Source: Escherichia coli
GTDB lineage: Bacteria; Pseudomonadota; Gammaproteobacteria; Enterobacterales; Enterobacteriaceae
Strand: one strand, 5' to 3'
Assembly: GCF_003334355.1 (NCBI RefSeq)
Contig: NZ_QOWP01000002.1
DNA length: 64,000 bases
In this document: piece after piece, positions 45,934 through 56,371 of the stretch
How positions within the stretch are numbered: position 1 is the first letter of the stretch
Layout: every line of letters begins with the position of its first letter
Program-made: the position numbers and the translations under genes
Notes under the pieces: model-generated
Seen by the model: only the letters and a program-made list of their open reading frames with translations
What the model was told of the DNA's origin: nothing
Database searches by the model: none

Positions 45934-45962
45934 GATAATGCAAACGATAATAATTATCAATC
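45934..45962. promoter_or_regulatory. Fur box(es) in the cirA upstream region
   Basis: gataatgcaaacgataataattatcaatc contains GATAAT hexamer repeats resembling the Fur consensus GATAATGATAATCATTATC. Confidence 0.55.
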
Positions 45963-46010
45963 CAAATGTTAAATTTTATATCCGCATGATTTGTCAGGGA
46001 AATGGAATTG

Positions 46011-46035
46011 AAAAAGCCCTCTCGGTTGAGAGGGC
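46011..46035 (-). terminator. Rho-independent terminator downstream of lysP
   Basis: gccctctc-ggtt-gagagggc hairpin; the minus strand reads hairpin then ttttt. Confidence 0.6.
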
Positions 46036-46056
46036 TTAGCAAGGAAGGGAGGAAAC

Positions 46057-47526
46057 TTATTTCTTATCGTTCTGCGGGAACTTCATTTCGCTGTAGCGTA
46101 CGAAGTGAGTTCCTTTAATCAGCTTGTAGCCGAACCAAATAATCAGGAACAGCGGGATACCAATATACGTTGCCGCTACGCCGCCCCAGTCAATAGTATC
46201 TTTCAGGAACGCTTCGTAGTTCTGGCCCAAAGTGATAATCAGACACAGAATGAATGCGAAGATCGGCCCCAGTGGGAAGAAACCTGAACGGTACGGCAGA
46301 TCGTTAATGTCGTGTCCCTGCAATACGTAACCGCGACGGAAGCGATAGTGGCTAATGGCAATCCCCAGCCAGGCGATAAAACCCGTCATCCCGGAGGTGT
46401 TCAGCAGCCACAGGTATACCGTCTGGTTGCCAAACATGGAGGTCAGGAAGCACAGACCGGCAATCACCGTCGTCGCATACAGCGCATTACGCGGCACGCC
46501 ACCACGCGACAGTTTAGCGAAAATGCGCGGCGCTTTACCGTCACACGCCAGGGTGTACAGCATACGAGTAGACGCATACATACCGGAGTTACCCGCTGAC
46601 AGCACCGCCGTCAGAATAACTGCGTTCATCACCGCCGCCGCAGAGAGCAGACCCGCGTGCTGGAACACCAGGGTGAACGGACTAACGCTGATGTCTTTAA
46701 CATCGTTACGCAGCAGGCTCGGATCGGTGTACGGAATAATCAGGCTGATAATCAGGATCGCGAACACATAGAACAACAGGATTCGCCAGAACACCTGACG
46801 TACCGCGCGTGGAATGTTTTTCGCCGGATCTTCGGACTCGCCTGCAGCAATACCGATCAGCTCGGTTCCCTGGAAAGAGAAGCCGACAATCATAGCTACG
46901 CCGATCATCGCCGCAAAACCACCAGCAAACGGCGCTTCGCCGATTGTCCAGTTGCTCCAGCCCGCAGGCTGCGCGCCTTTGAAGATACCGATAATCATCA
47001 GCACGCCAACGATGATAAAGACAATAACTGTCGTGACTTTGATCAGTGAGAACCAGTATTCCGCTTCACCAAAGCCACGAACTGAGATGTAGTTCAGCAG
47101 GAAGATAACGCCGAGGAACAACGCACTCCAGATCCAGCCCGGTGTATCCGGGAACCACCAGCTCATGACCAGCTGAGCTGCAACCAGGTCAACGGCGATA
47201 GTCACCGCCCAGTTGTACCAGTAGTTCCAGCCCAGCGCGAAGCCAAAGCCTTCTTCAACATAGTTCTGACCGTAAGTGGCAAACGAACCGGAAACCGGCA
47301 TATATGCAGCCAGTTCACCGAGACTGGTCATCAGGAAGTAAACCATCAGGCCAATCAGCATATACGAGAGCAATGCCCCGCCCGGACCTGCCTGAGAAAT
47401 CGTTGCGCCAGAGGCAACAAAAAGACCTGTACCGATGGAACCGCCAATGGCAATCATCGTCAGGTGACGCGCCTTTAATTCACGGCGTAAGCCCGGCGCT
47501 TCTGTGGTTTTAGTTTCGGAAACCAT
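46057..47526 (-). CDS. lysP: LysP, lysine-specific permease of the APC family (489 aa)
   Basis: 12-TM amino-acid permease. Length and N-terminus MVSETKTTEAPGLRRELKARHL match. Confidence 0.95.
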   Translation of the reverse strand: MVSETKTTEAPGLRRELKARHLTMIAIGGSIGTGLFVASGATISQAGPGGALLSYMLIGLMVYFLMTSLGELAAYMPVSGSFATYGQNYVEEGFGFALGWNYWYNWAVTIAVDLVAAQLVMSWWFPDTPGWIWSALFLGVIFLLNYISVRGFGEAEYWFSLIKVTTVIVFIIVGVLMIIGIFKGAQPAGWSNWTIGEAPFAGGFAAMIGVAMIVGFSFQGTELIGIAAGESEDPAKNIPRAVRQVFWRILLFYVFAILIISLIIPYTDPSLLRNDVKDISVSPFTLVFQHAGLLSAAAVMNAVILTAVLSAGNSGMYASTRMLYTLACDGKAPRIFAKLSRGGVPRNALYATTVIAGLCFLTSMFGNQTVYLWLLNTSGMTGFIAWLGIAISHYRFRRGYVLQGHDINDLPYRSGFFPLGPIFAFILCLIITLGQNYEAFLKDTIDWGGVAATYIGIPLFLIIWFGYKLIKGTHFVRYSEMKFPQNDKK

Positions 47527-47730
47527 ACAAAAATGCTATCCATCTTAAAAATGAGGCGCGATTGTAGCAGACGATTGGCAATCCTTCCGGCAGAAATACA
47601 CGGTTATAAGACACCTTCATGATCGCCCAGGGATTATAAGTAAAGCAGCCAATCTCTTTTCTGGCGAATGCATGCTGAAGGCGCTGCGTCACGAAATCGA
47701 CACAGCACCAGCATGTTCTTGTACAGCAAC

Positions 47731-48612
47731 TTAACGCGGCACATTTGCGGGATCGCAATAGTCCAGAAAGCGCCGTAGCGCGTTGGAAAGGTGTTTTTGC
47801 CGATGATGTATACGCCACAACGTACGCATCAGGCGCGGCAGAGGGACCGCAACTTCACTTAATGTGCCTGCCTGCAATTGATCTTCAATCACACGTCGCG
47901 ACAGGCAACTAATTCCCAACCCATGACGCACCGCATGTTTGATTGCCTCGGAGTTACCTAATTCCATCGCCATCTCAAACTTCGGTAAATGTGACAGCAA
48001 CAGATAATCGACAATCTCCCGCGTGCCGGAACCGCGTTCACGCAGGATCCACGGCGCAGCGGCCAGCTGTTCTAAGGTGACCGGACCACGGGCCAACGGC
48101 GAAGTCGGCGCGGCGAAAACCACCAGCTCGTCTTCCAGCCACGGTTCAGAAATGATTTCAGTGCTGTGGCACGGTCCTTCAATAAAGCCAATATCAACGC
48201 GGAAATCCAGCACCGCTTGCATCACGTCCTGGCTATTCCCAACGCTAAGTTCAATCGGCAACTGCGGATAATCATGGCGATAACGGGCGATAACTGCAGG
48301 CAGAATGTAGTTACCGATGGTACTACTGGCATAGATACGAATCGCGCCGTTGTCTTCGCGAAACAGTTGTTCGATTTCAACCGCCTGTTCAAGCAATGCC
48401 AACGCACGCGGATAGAGCAGCCGCCCGTGTTCATTAACAACCAGTCTTTTCCCCACGCGATCAAACAGTTGCACGCCAAGCTGCCCTTCCAGGTCGGTCA
48501 AGGCTGCGCTCACTGCTGATTGCGACAACGCCAGCATCACCGACGCCTGGGTGGTTGATCCACTTTTCAATACTTCTGCAAAAACTTCCAACTGCCGGAG
48601 GGTGATGTGCAT
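47731..48612 (-). CDS. yeiE: YeiE, LysR-type transcriptional regulator (293 aa)
   Basis: N-terminal LysR HTH ([34 protein letters not shown]). Divergent from yeiH. Confidence 0.9.
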
Positions 48613-48710
48613 AGTCGCTTACCACTTATAAAGATTAATTATAAATATATAATCAATTTTATTTTTAAACCAGTTAGTCGTAACCTTATGCCCGGTTAAA
48701 GGAGAGGGTT

Positions 48711-49760
48711 ATGACGAATATCACCTTACAGAAACAACATCGTACACTGTGGCATTTTATTCCGGGGTTAGCCCTGAGTGCAGTTATCACCGGGGTCGCC
48801 CTGTGGGGTGGTTCCATTCCCGCGGTTGCGGGTGCCGGGTTTAGTGCCCTCACCCTCGCAATCTTGTTGGGGATGGTTTTAGGCAACACCATCTATCCGC
48901 ACATCTGGAAAAGCTGTGACGGTGGTGTGCTGTTTGCCAAGCAATATTTATTACGTCTGGGTATCATTCTTTATGGCTTCCGTCTGACGTTCTCGCAAAT
49001 TGCCGATGTCGGTATCAGTGGGATCATCATTGACGTGTTGACGCTGTCCAGTACCTTCCTGCTGGCTTGCTTCCTGGGGCAGAAAGTGTTTGGTCTGGAT
49101 AAGCACACCAGCTGGTTGATCGGTGCCGGTAGCAGTATCTGTGGTGCTGCCGCGGTACTGGCGACTGAGCCGGTAGTGAAAGCGGAAGCCAGTAAAGTAA
49201 CCGTGGCTGTTGCAACCGTTGTTATCTTCGGGACCGTCGCGATTTTCCTCTACCCGGCGATATATCCGCTGATGTCTCAATGGTTTAGTCCGGAAACTTT
49301 CGGTATCTACATTGGTTCTACTGTGCACGAAGTGGCGCAGGTGGTGGCGGCAGGTCATGCTATCAGCCCGGATGCGGAAAACGCAGCAGTTATTTCCAAA
49401 ATGCTGCGCGTGATGATGCTGGCTCCGTTCCTCATCCTGCTGGCGGCGCGTGTTAAACAGCTGTCTGGGGCGAACAGCGGCGAGAAAAGCAAAATCACTA
49501 TTCCGTGGTTTGCCATCTTGTTCATCGTCGTTGCCATCTTTAACTCGTTCCACCTGTTACCGCAGAGCGTGGTGAACATGCTGGTAACGCTGGATACCTT
49601 CCTGCTGGCAATGGCGATGGCGGCGCTGGGTCTGACCACTCACGTCAGCGCGCTGAAAAAAGCCGGGGCGAAACCTCTGCTGATGGCACTGGTACTGTTT
49701 GCCTGGCTGATTGTTGGTGGTGGTGCGATTAACTATGTGATTCAAAGCGTCATCGCATAA
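48711..49760 (+). CDS. yeiH: YeiH, UPF0324-family inner membrane protein (349 aa)
   Basis: Multi-pass hydrophobic ORF divergent from yeiE. Confidence 0.9.
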   Translation: MTNITLQKQHRTLWHFIPGLALSAVITGVALWGGSIPAVAGAGFSALTLAILLGMVLGNTIYPHIWKSCDGGVLFAKQYLLRLGIILYGFRLTFSQIADVGISGIIIDVLTLSSTFLLACFLGQKVFGLDKHTSWLIGAGSSICGAAAVLATEPVVKAEASKVTVAVATVVIFGTVAIFLYPAIYPLMSQWFSPETFGIYIGSTVHEVAQVVAAGHAISPDAENAAVISKMLRVMMLAPFLILLAARVKQLSGANSGEKSKITIPWFAILFIVVAIFNSFHLLPQSVVNMLVTLDTFLLAMAMAALGLTTHVSALKKAGAKPLLMALVLFAWLIVGGGAINYVIQSVIA

Positions 49761-49833
49761 ACCACTACATCTTGCTCCTGTTAACCCGCTATCATTACCG
49801 TTTTCCTCCAGCGGGTTTAACAGGAGTCCTCGC

Positions 49834-50691
49834 ATGAAATACATTGGAGCGCACGTTAGTGCTGCTGGCGGTCTGGCAAATGCCGCAATTCGCGCCGCCG
49901 AAATCGACGCAACCGCGTTTGCCTTGTTCACCAAAAACCAACGTCAGTGGCGTGCCGCACCGCTCACGACGCAAACCATCGATGAATTCAAAGCGGCCTG
50001 TGAAAAATATCACTACACATCGGCGCAAATTCTTCCCCACGACAGCTATCTGATTAACCTCGGACATCCGGTCACTGAAGCTCTGGAAAAATCGCGCGAT
50101 GCCTTTATAGATGAAATGCAGCGTTGCGAACAACTGGGGCTTTCTTTGCTCAACTTCCACCCTGGCAGCCATCTGATGCAGATTTCAGAAGAGGATTGCC
50201 TTGCGCGTATTGCCGAATCCATCAACATTGCGCTGGATAAAACTCAAGGTGTAACAGCGGTGATTGAAAACACCGCCGGTCAGGGCAGTAACTTAGGGTT
50301 TAAATTCGAACATCTCGCGGCGATTATCGACGGCGTGGAAGATAAATCCCGTGTCGGCGTCTGCATTGATACCTGCCATGCTTTCGCTGCCGGGTATGAT
50401 TTGCGTACTCCAGCCGAATGCGAGAAAACGTTCGCGGATTTTGCCCGTATTGTTGGCTTTAAGTATCTGCGCGGGATGCACCTTAACGATGCGAAAAGCA
50501 CCTTTGGCAGCCGCGTTGACCGCCATCATAGCCTCGGTGAAGGCAATATCGGTCATGATGCGTTCCGCTGGATCATGCAGGACGACCGTTTCGACGGAAT
50601 TCCGCTGATCCTTGAAACCATCAACCCGGATATCTGGGCAGAAGAGATCGCCTGGCTGAAAGCGCAACAAACTGAAAAAGCGGTAGCCTGA
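49834..50691 (+). CDS. nfo: Nfo, endonuclease IV (285 aa)
   Basis: N-terminus [17 protein letters not shown] and length match. Confidence 0.95.
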   Translation: MKYIGAHVSAAGGLANAAIRAAEIDATAFALFTKNQRQWRAAPLTTQTIDEFKAACEKYHYTSAQILPHDSYLINLGHPVTEALEKSRDAFIDEMQRCEQLGLSLLNFHPGSHLMQISEEDCLARIAESINIALDKTQGVTAVIENTAGQGSNLGFKFEHLAAIIDGVEDKSRVGVCIDTCHAFAAGYDLRTPAECEKTFADFARIVGFKYLRGMHLNDAKSTFGSRVDRHHSLGEGNIGHDAFRWIMQDDRFDGIPLILETINPDIWAEEIAWLKAQQTEKAVA

Positions 50692-50693
50692 AG

Positions 50694-51782
50694 ATGAATA
50701 ACCGGGAAAAGGAGATCCTTGCAATTTTACGGCGTAACCCGCTGATTCAGCAGAACGAAATTGCGGACATGCTGCAAATCAGTCGTTCGCGCGTTGCGGC
50801 GCATATTATGGATTTAATGCGCAAAGGGCGGATTAAAGGCAAAGGTTACATTCTCACCGAGCAGGAATACTGCGTAGTGGTGGGGACAATCAATATGGAT
50901 ATTCGCGGGATGGCGGATATCCGTTACCCGCAAGCGGCTTCTCATCCCGGTACAATTCATTGCTCGGCGGGCGGCGTGGGACGCAACATCGACCACAATC
51001 TGGCGCTGTTAGGCCGTGACGTCCATTTGCTTTCAGTGATTGGCGATGACTTTTATGGCGAAATGCTCCTGGAAGAAACGCGCCGTGCCGGCGTGAATGT
51101 CTCCGGCTGCGTTCGTTTGCATGGTCAAAGCACATCGACGTATCTGGCAATTGCCAATCGAGACGATCAAACCGTGCTGGCGATTAACGATACCCATCTG
51201 CTGGAACAGTTGACACCGCAACTACTGAACGGGTCGCGCGATTTACTTCGTCATGCGGGCGTGGTACTGGCTGATTGCAACCTGACAGCCGAGGCGCTGG
51301 AATGGGTCTTTACCCTCGCTGATGAAATCCCGGTGTTTGTCGATACCGTTTCAGAATTCAAAGCGGGCAAAATCAAACACTGGCTGGCGCATATTCACAC
51401 CCTGAAACCCACTTTACCGGAGCTGGAAATTTTATGGGGACAGGCGATCACCAGCGATGCTGACCGTAATGCCGCAGTGAATGCATTGCATCAGCAAGGT
51501 GTTCAGCAACTGTTTGTTTATTTGCCCGATGAGTCAGTTTATTGCAGCGAAAAGGATGGAGAACAATTTTTGCTGACCGCGCCAGCGCATACGACAGTAG
51601 ACAGTTTTGGTGCTGACGATGGTTTTATGGCGGGCCTGGTATATAGCTTTCTTGAAGGATACAGTTTCCGCGACAGCGCCCGTTTTGCGGTAGCCTGCGC
51701 GGCAATTTCGCGCGCCAGCGGCAGCTTAAACAACCCTACCCTGTCTGCCGATAACGCGCTTTCATTAGTGCCAATGGTGTAA
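50694..51782 (+). CDS. yeiI: YeiI, PfkB-family sugar/nucleoside kinase with N-terminal HTH domain (362 aa)
   Basis: N-terminal winged-helix-like segment (EILAILRRNPLIQQNEIADMLQISRSRVAAHI) followed by a ribokinase-type core. Its translation aligns with PsuK in this same window. Confidence 0.9.
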   Translation: MNNREKEILAILRRNPLIQQNEIADMLQISRSRVAAHIMDLMRKGRIKGKGYILTEQEYCVVVGTINMDIRGMADIRYPQAASHPGTIHCSAGGVGRNIDHNLALLGRDVHLLSVIGDDFYGEMLLEETRRAGVNVSGCVRLHGQSTSTYLAIANRDDQTVLAINDTHLLEQLTPQLLNGSRDLLRHAGVVLADCNLTAEALEWVFTLADEIPVFVDTVSEFKAGKIKHWLAHIHTLKPTLPELEILWGQAITSDADRNAAVNALHQQGVQQLFVYLPDESVYCSEKDGEQFLLTAPAHTTVDSFGADDGFMAGLVYSFLEGYSFRDSARFAVACAAISRASGSLNNPTLSADNALSLVPMV

Positions 51783-51837
51783 CAATGTTGCCGGATTCGA
51801 CGCTTGACCGCATCTTATCCGGCTCATAAATTGCGCA

Positions 51838-53088
51838 CTACGCTAAACCAATAAAGAATCCTGCAATAGTAGCACTCATCAGGTTAGAAAGTGTCGCCGC
51901 CGCCAGCGCGCGTAAACCAAGTTGGGCGATTTCCGGCGCACGGTGTGGCGCAACCGCAGAAAACGCCCCCACCACCACCCCGATAGAACCAAAGTTAGCG
52001 AAACCGCACAACGCGAAAGAAATAATCGCCACGGTTTTAGCATCCAGAGTGCCACCCGTTTGCAGATATGGCGAGAAATTGAGATAAGCGACAAATTCAT
52101 TGATCGCCAGCTTCTGCCCAATCAAACTCCCGGCAAGATTTGCATCACTCCAGTCAACCCCCATCACCCACGCCAATGGGGCCAACAGGTAACCTAAAAT
52201 GGACTCCAGCGAGGCATGTGCAAAACCAAACCAGCCGCCAACGCCGCCGATAATACCATTAATTAACGCAATGATGGCGACAAATGCCATAACAACTGTC
52301 GCTACACCGGCGGCGATTTTCAGCCCGGTCATTGCCCCTGTCGCAGCGGCTTCAATAATGCTTTTTGGCGGTGTTTCGGTGAAAGAGAGGTTATTAAAGG
52401 AAACCTGCGAAGATTCCGTAGCCGGGCTTAACAGGCGGGCAAACAAGATCCCGCCTGGGATCGCCATTAACGATGCCGCCAGCAAATATTCCACAGGTAC
52501 GCCCAGGGCGGCGTAACCAATCATTGTCGAACCAGCAATCGAGGCCATGCCACTACAAATCGCTGTAAATAATTCATTGCGATTCAGACGATCGATAAAG
52601 GGTTTGACGATCGCCGGAATTTCGTTTTGCCCGAGGAAAATGGTGGTGACCGCGACGAATGACTCAATCTTGCTGATATTTAATGCTTTCTGGAATATAC
52701 CGCCGAGAATGCGAATTAAAATCCCCATCACACCGATGTAGTAGAGAATACTCACCAGTGCAGTGACGAAGATAATTGCCGGTAATACCCTGAAACCAAA
52801 GATAAATCCTGCGCCATCAAACAGCGTGTCCATTTTCGGCCCGACCAGCGAACCGAAGATAAATGCGCTACCCGCGTCGCTGTACGCCATCACTTTATGC
52901 ACGCCAAAAGCGACTTTTTCAGCGACCCAACGCCCTGGCGGTAACCAAAGCATAATCCCGCCAATCACGACCTGTAACACTAACGCCGCGCCAACGGTAC
53001 GCAGGCTGATCTTCTTCTTGTTTACTGACAGCAAAAACGCAATCGTCAGCAATACCACCATTCCCAGAACACTTCTCATGACATCCAT
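51838..53088 (-). CDS. nupX: NupX (YeiJ), CNT-family nucleoside permease (416 aa)
   Basis: Near-identical paralogue of PsuT in this window. Confidence 0.9.
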   Translation of the reverse strand: MDVMRSVLGMVVLLTIAFLLSVNKKKISLRTVGAALVLQVVIGGIMLWLPPGRWVAEKVAFGVHKVMAYSDAGSAFIFGSLVGPKMDTLFDGAGFIFGFRVLPAIIFVTALVSILYYIGVMGILIRILGGIFQKALNISKIESFVAVTTIFLGQNEIPAIVKPFIDRLNRNELFTAICSGMASIAGSTMIGYAALGVPVEYLLAASLMAIPGGILFARLLSPATESSQVSFNNLSFTETPPKSIIEAAATGAMTGLKIAAGVATVVMAFVAIIALINGIIGGVGGWFGFAHASLESILGYLLAPLAWVMGVDWSDANLAGSLIGQKLAINEFVAYLNFSPYLQTGGTLDAKTVAIISFALCGFANFGSIGVVVGAFSAVAPHRAPEIAQLGLRALAAATLSNLMSATIAGFFIGLA

Positions 53089-53187
53089 AGTTATTATCTC
53101 TTCATGTCATATTGGGCGACGGCTTTCTGCCCATCAGAAATAGCCGGGCTTGGATCTTGCGATACTGACCCGGCTTGTTATCAACAC

Positions 53188-54129
53188 TTAATGGGTTTTG
53201 ATGTAGCCGCGCACGCACTCTTCGACTAAGCCCCAGAACCAGTCGGTATCAATAGTGATGCCGACTTTGGTATTAGCGGGCTTGCCAAGAACGCCCAGCT
53301 CGTCGCAGACGGTACGCCCATAGCAAGGGCCACTGTTGACGTCCACTTCGACGTACATCTCCTGGGTTTTAATGCCATCAGGGTTAATCAGATAACCGAT
53401 GCAGGTGGCGTCGTGCACCGGGCCGCCAGCCAGGCCGTAGTTTTCGAACTGCGTTTTGAGAGTGAAGTTCATGATGTCGCTGAACAGCTCTCCGGCAGGG
53501 CCGCCTGCCCTTTCCATCCGTGCAATCACGTCCGGGGTGCAAACGGTCTGGTTGGTGAGATCGAGGCCCATCATCACTAATGGAACGCCGGAGGTGAACA
53601 CCACGCGGGCTGCTTCCGGATCAGCAAAGATGTTGAACTCGGCAGATGGCGTGAAGTTGCCTGTACCGTAAGCGCCGCCCATTAGCACAATTTCACGGAT
53701 TTTGGGCAGGATCGCGGGTTGCATACGCATTGCCACCGCGATATTTGAAAGCGGACCAACCGGCACCAGAGTGATATCGCCATCGCTTGCCATCAGGGTA
53801 TCAATGATGTATTTCACCGCGTGGGTACTTTCTGCCTGGCGGGTCAGCGGCTCGAATACCGGGCCATCCAGTCCGGTTTCACCGTGAATATTATCGGCAA
53901 CGATTTGTTTACGCATAATGGGTTGCGGCATCCCCGCATAAACCGGAACATTAATCTCCAGTTTCTGGCAAACATTCAGGCCATTAATTAATGTTTTATC
54001 AAGCGTCTGATTACCCGCTACAATAGTGATGCCTAATAAATCTATTGCCGGATGTTTCGCTGCCATCATCATTGCAATAGCATCATCATGACCCGGATCA
54101 CAATCCAGAATAATTTTTCTCTTTTCCAT
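53188..54129 (-). CDS. rihB: RihB (YeiK), pyrimidine-specific ribonucleoside hydrolase (313 aa)
   Basis: Nucleoside hydrolase N-terminal DCDPGHDD motif. Confidence 0.9.
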   Translation of the reverse strand: MEKRKIILDCDPGHDDAIAMMMAAKHPAIDLLGITIVAGNQTLDKTLINGLNVCQKLEINVPVYAGMPQPIMRKQIVADNIHGETGLDGPVFEPLTRQAESTHAVKYIIDTLMASDGDITLVPVGPLSNIAVAMRMQPAILPKIREIVLMGGAYGTGNFTPSAEFNIFADPEAARVVFTSGVPLVMMGLDLTNQTVCTPDVIARMERAGGPAGELFSDIMNFTLKTQFENYGLAGGPVHDATCIGYLINPDGIKTQEMYVEVDVNSGPCYGRTVCDELGVLGKPANTKVGITIDTDWFWGLVEECVRGYIKTH

Positions 54130-54297
54130 TGTTTATTTCCTCTGTTTCCAGTTGCGTTATTTTTTCTACAGCAAAGAAAATTCGACCGGGCCGATGATTG
54201 AATCTTACCAACCGCGTACGTATGCTAAATATGAGAAATCTCATAGCGGATAAACATCGTGAAAGAAATCCACAATAATGATCTTAAGCAGCAATTG

Positions 54298-54957
54298 ATG
54301 AGTGAATCCGCGTTTAAGGATTGCTTTTTAACGGATGTTTCAGCCGATACGCGGCTGTTTCATTTTTTAGCGCGTGACTACATTGTGCAGGAAGGGCAAC
54401 AGCCGTCCTGGCTGTTTTATCTGACGCGAGGCCGCGCCAGGCTTTACGCCACGCTTGCTAATGGTCGCGTGTCGCTGATCGATTTCTTTGCCGCCCCCTG
54501 TTTTATTGGTGAGATTGAGTTAATCGACAAAGACCATGAACCGCGTGCGGTGCAGGCTATTGAAGAGTGTTGGTGCCTTGCGCTCTCTATGAAACATTAC
54601 CGCCCGCTGTTATTAAACGACACGCTATTTTTACGAAAACTCTGCGTCACCTTAAGTCATAAAAATTATCGTAATATTGTTTCTTTAACTCAGAATCAAT
54701 CATTTCCGTTAGTTAATCGCCTGGCAGCTTTTATATTACTCTCGCAGGAAGGTGATCTTTATCACGAAAAGTATACGCAAGCGGCAGAGTATTTAGGCGT
54801 TTCTTATCGACATCTTTTATATGTTCTCGCGCAATTCATTCACGACGGTTTATTAACTAAAAGCAAGAAAGGGTATCTCATTAAAAACAGAAAGCAGTTG
54901 TCAGGACTGGCGCTGGAGATGGACCCGGAGAATAAATTCTCCGGGATGATGCAGTAA
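54298..54957 (+). CDS. yeiL: YeiL, CRP/FNR-family transcriptional regulator (219 aa)
   Basis: Start trimmed to MSESAFKD to match the K-12 length. C-terminal HTH region. The ORF also allows an earlier ATG at 54259. Confidence 0.8.
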   Translation: MSESAFKDCFLTDVSADTRLFHFLARDYIVQEGQQPSWLFYLTRGRARLYATLANGRVSLIDFFAAPCFIGEIELIDKDHEPRAVQAIEECWCLALSMKHYRPLLLNDTLFLRKLCVTLSHKNYRNIVSLTQNQSFPLVNRLAAFILLSQEGDLYHEKYTQAAEYLGVSYRHLLYVLAQFIHDGLLTKSKKGYLIKNRKQLSGLALEMDPENKFSGMMQ

Positions 54958-54977
54958 AAATTATTTGCAATAGCGCG

Positions 54978-55020
54978 ATTGCCGGATGCAACGCTTAATA
55001 CGTTTTATCCGGTCTACAAA
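54978..55020. repeat. REP-like element downstream of yeiL
   Basis: gccggatgcaacgcttaatacgttttatccggtctacaaa. Confidence 0.5.
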
Positions 55021-55027
55021 TCGAGCA

Positions 55028-56278
55028 TTACGCCAGACCAATAAAGAACCCGGCAATAGTCGCACTCATCAGGTTGGAAAGCGTTGCTGCTGCCAGCGCC
55101 CGTAAACCAAGCTGGGCGATTTCTGGAGCACGTTTTGGCGAAATAGCCGAAAATGCGCCAACGACAACACCGATAGAACCAAAGTTAGCAAAACCACAAA
55201 GCGCAAAGGAGATAATCGCAATGGTTTTCACTTCCAGCGTGCCGCCCGTTTGCAGGTATGGGGAGAAACTCAGGTAAGCGACGAATTCGTTAATCGCCAG
55301 TTTCTGCCCAATCAGGCTACCCGCAAGATTGGCATCACTCCAGTCCACACCCATGATCCACGCCAGCGGTGCCAGCACATAGCCAAAAATACTTTCCAGA
55401 GAGGCATTGGCGAAACCAAACCAGCCACCAATTCCGCCGATAATGCCGTTGATCAGCGCAATAATTGCGACAAACGCCATTACCACCGTCGCTACACCAG
55501 CGGCGATTTTCAGCCCGGTCATCGCACCGCTCGCCGCCGCTTCGATAAAGCTTTTTGGCGGCGTTTCGCTGAACGACAGATTTTCAAATGTGACCTGCGA
55601 AGGCTCGGTGGCCGGGCTAAGAATACGTGCAAACAAAATACCACCTGGGATCGCCATCAGCGATGCCGCTAACAGGTAGTCAATTGGTACGCCCATTCCG
55701 GCATAACCAATCATCATCGAACCAGCAATGGACGCCATCCCGCTACAAATTGCGGTAAACAACTCGTTGCGATTCATGCGATCGATAAACGGTTTAACGA
55801 TCGCCGGGATCTCATTTTGCCCGAGGAAAATAGTTGTGACTGCGACAAAAGATTCGATTTTGCTGATGTTAAGAGCTTTCTGGAAAATGCTGCCAAGGAT
55901 GCGAATCAGCAGCCCCATCACGCCAATGTAGTACAGCAGACTGATGAGCGCAGTAACGAAAATAATCGCCGGAAGTACGCGAAAGGCGAAGATAAAACCC
56001 GCACCGTCAAACAGGACATCCATTTTCGGCCCAACCAGCGAACCAAAAATGAAGGCGCTACCGGCATCACTGTAAGACATCACTTTATGAACGCCTAATG
56101 CCGCCTGTTCTACTGCCCATTTTCCCGGTGGGAAGTAGAGCATGATGCCACCAATAGCGATTTGCAGCAGCAGTGCGGCTCCAACCGTACGCAAACTGAT
56201 GCTCTTTTTATTCACTGACAACAGAAATGCTATTGCCAGTAACACCACCATCCCCACAACACTTCTCATTATGTCCAT
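55028..56278 (-). CDS. psuT: PsuT (YeiM), putative pseudouridine/nucleoside transporter of the CNT family (416 aa)
   Basis: Paralogue of NupX in this window. First gene upstream of psuG-psuK on the same strand. Confidence 0.9.
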   Translation of the reverse strand: MDIMRSVVGMVVLLAIAFLLSVNKKSISLRTVGAALLLQIAIGGIMLYFPPGKWAVEQAALGVHKVMSYSDAGSAFIFGSLVGPKMDVLFDGAGFIFAFRVLPAIIFVTALISLLYYIGVMGLLIRILGSIFQKALNISKIESFVAVTTIFLGQNEIPAIVKPFIDRMNRNELFTAICSGMASIAGSMMIGYAGMGVPIDYLLAASLMAIPGGILFARILSPATEPSQVTFENLSFSETPPKSFIEAAASGAMTGLKIAAGVATVVMAFVAIIALINGIIGGIGGWFGFANASLESIFGYVLAPLAWIMGVDWSDANLAGSLIGQKLAINEFVAYLSFSPYLQTGGTLEVKTIAIISFALCGFANFGSIGVVVGAFSAISPKRAPEIAQLGLRALAAATLSNLMSATIAGFFIGLA

Positions 56279-56371
56279 AATGATTTTCCCTTCATGCCAG
56301 TAAACCCGGCGTCAGCGCCAGGTTTTGGTATGTTTGATGAGTACGGGCGACGGCTTTCTGCCCGTCAGAAA

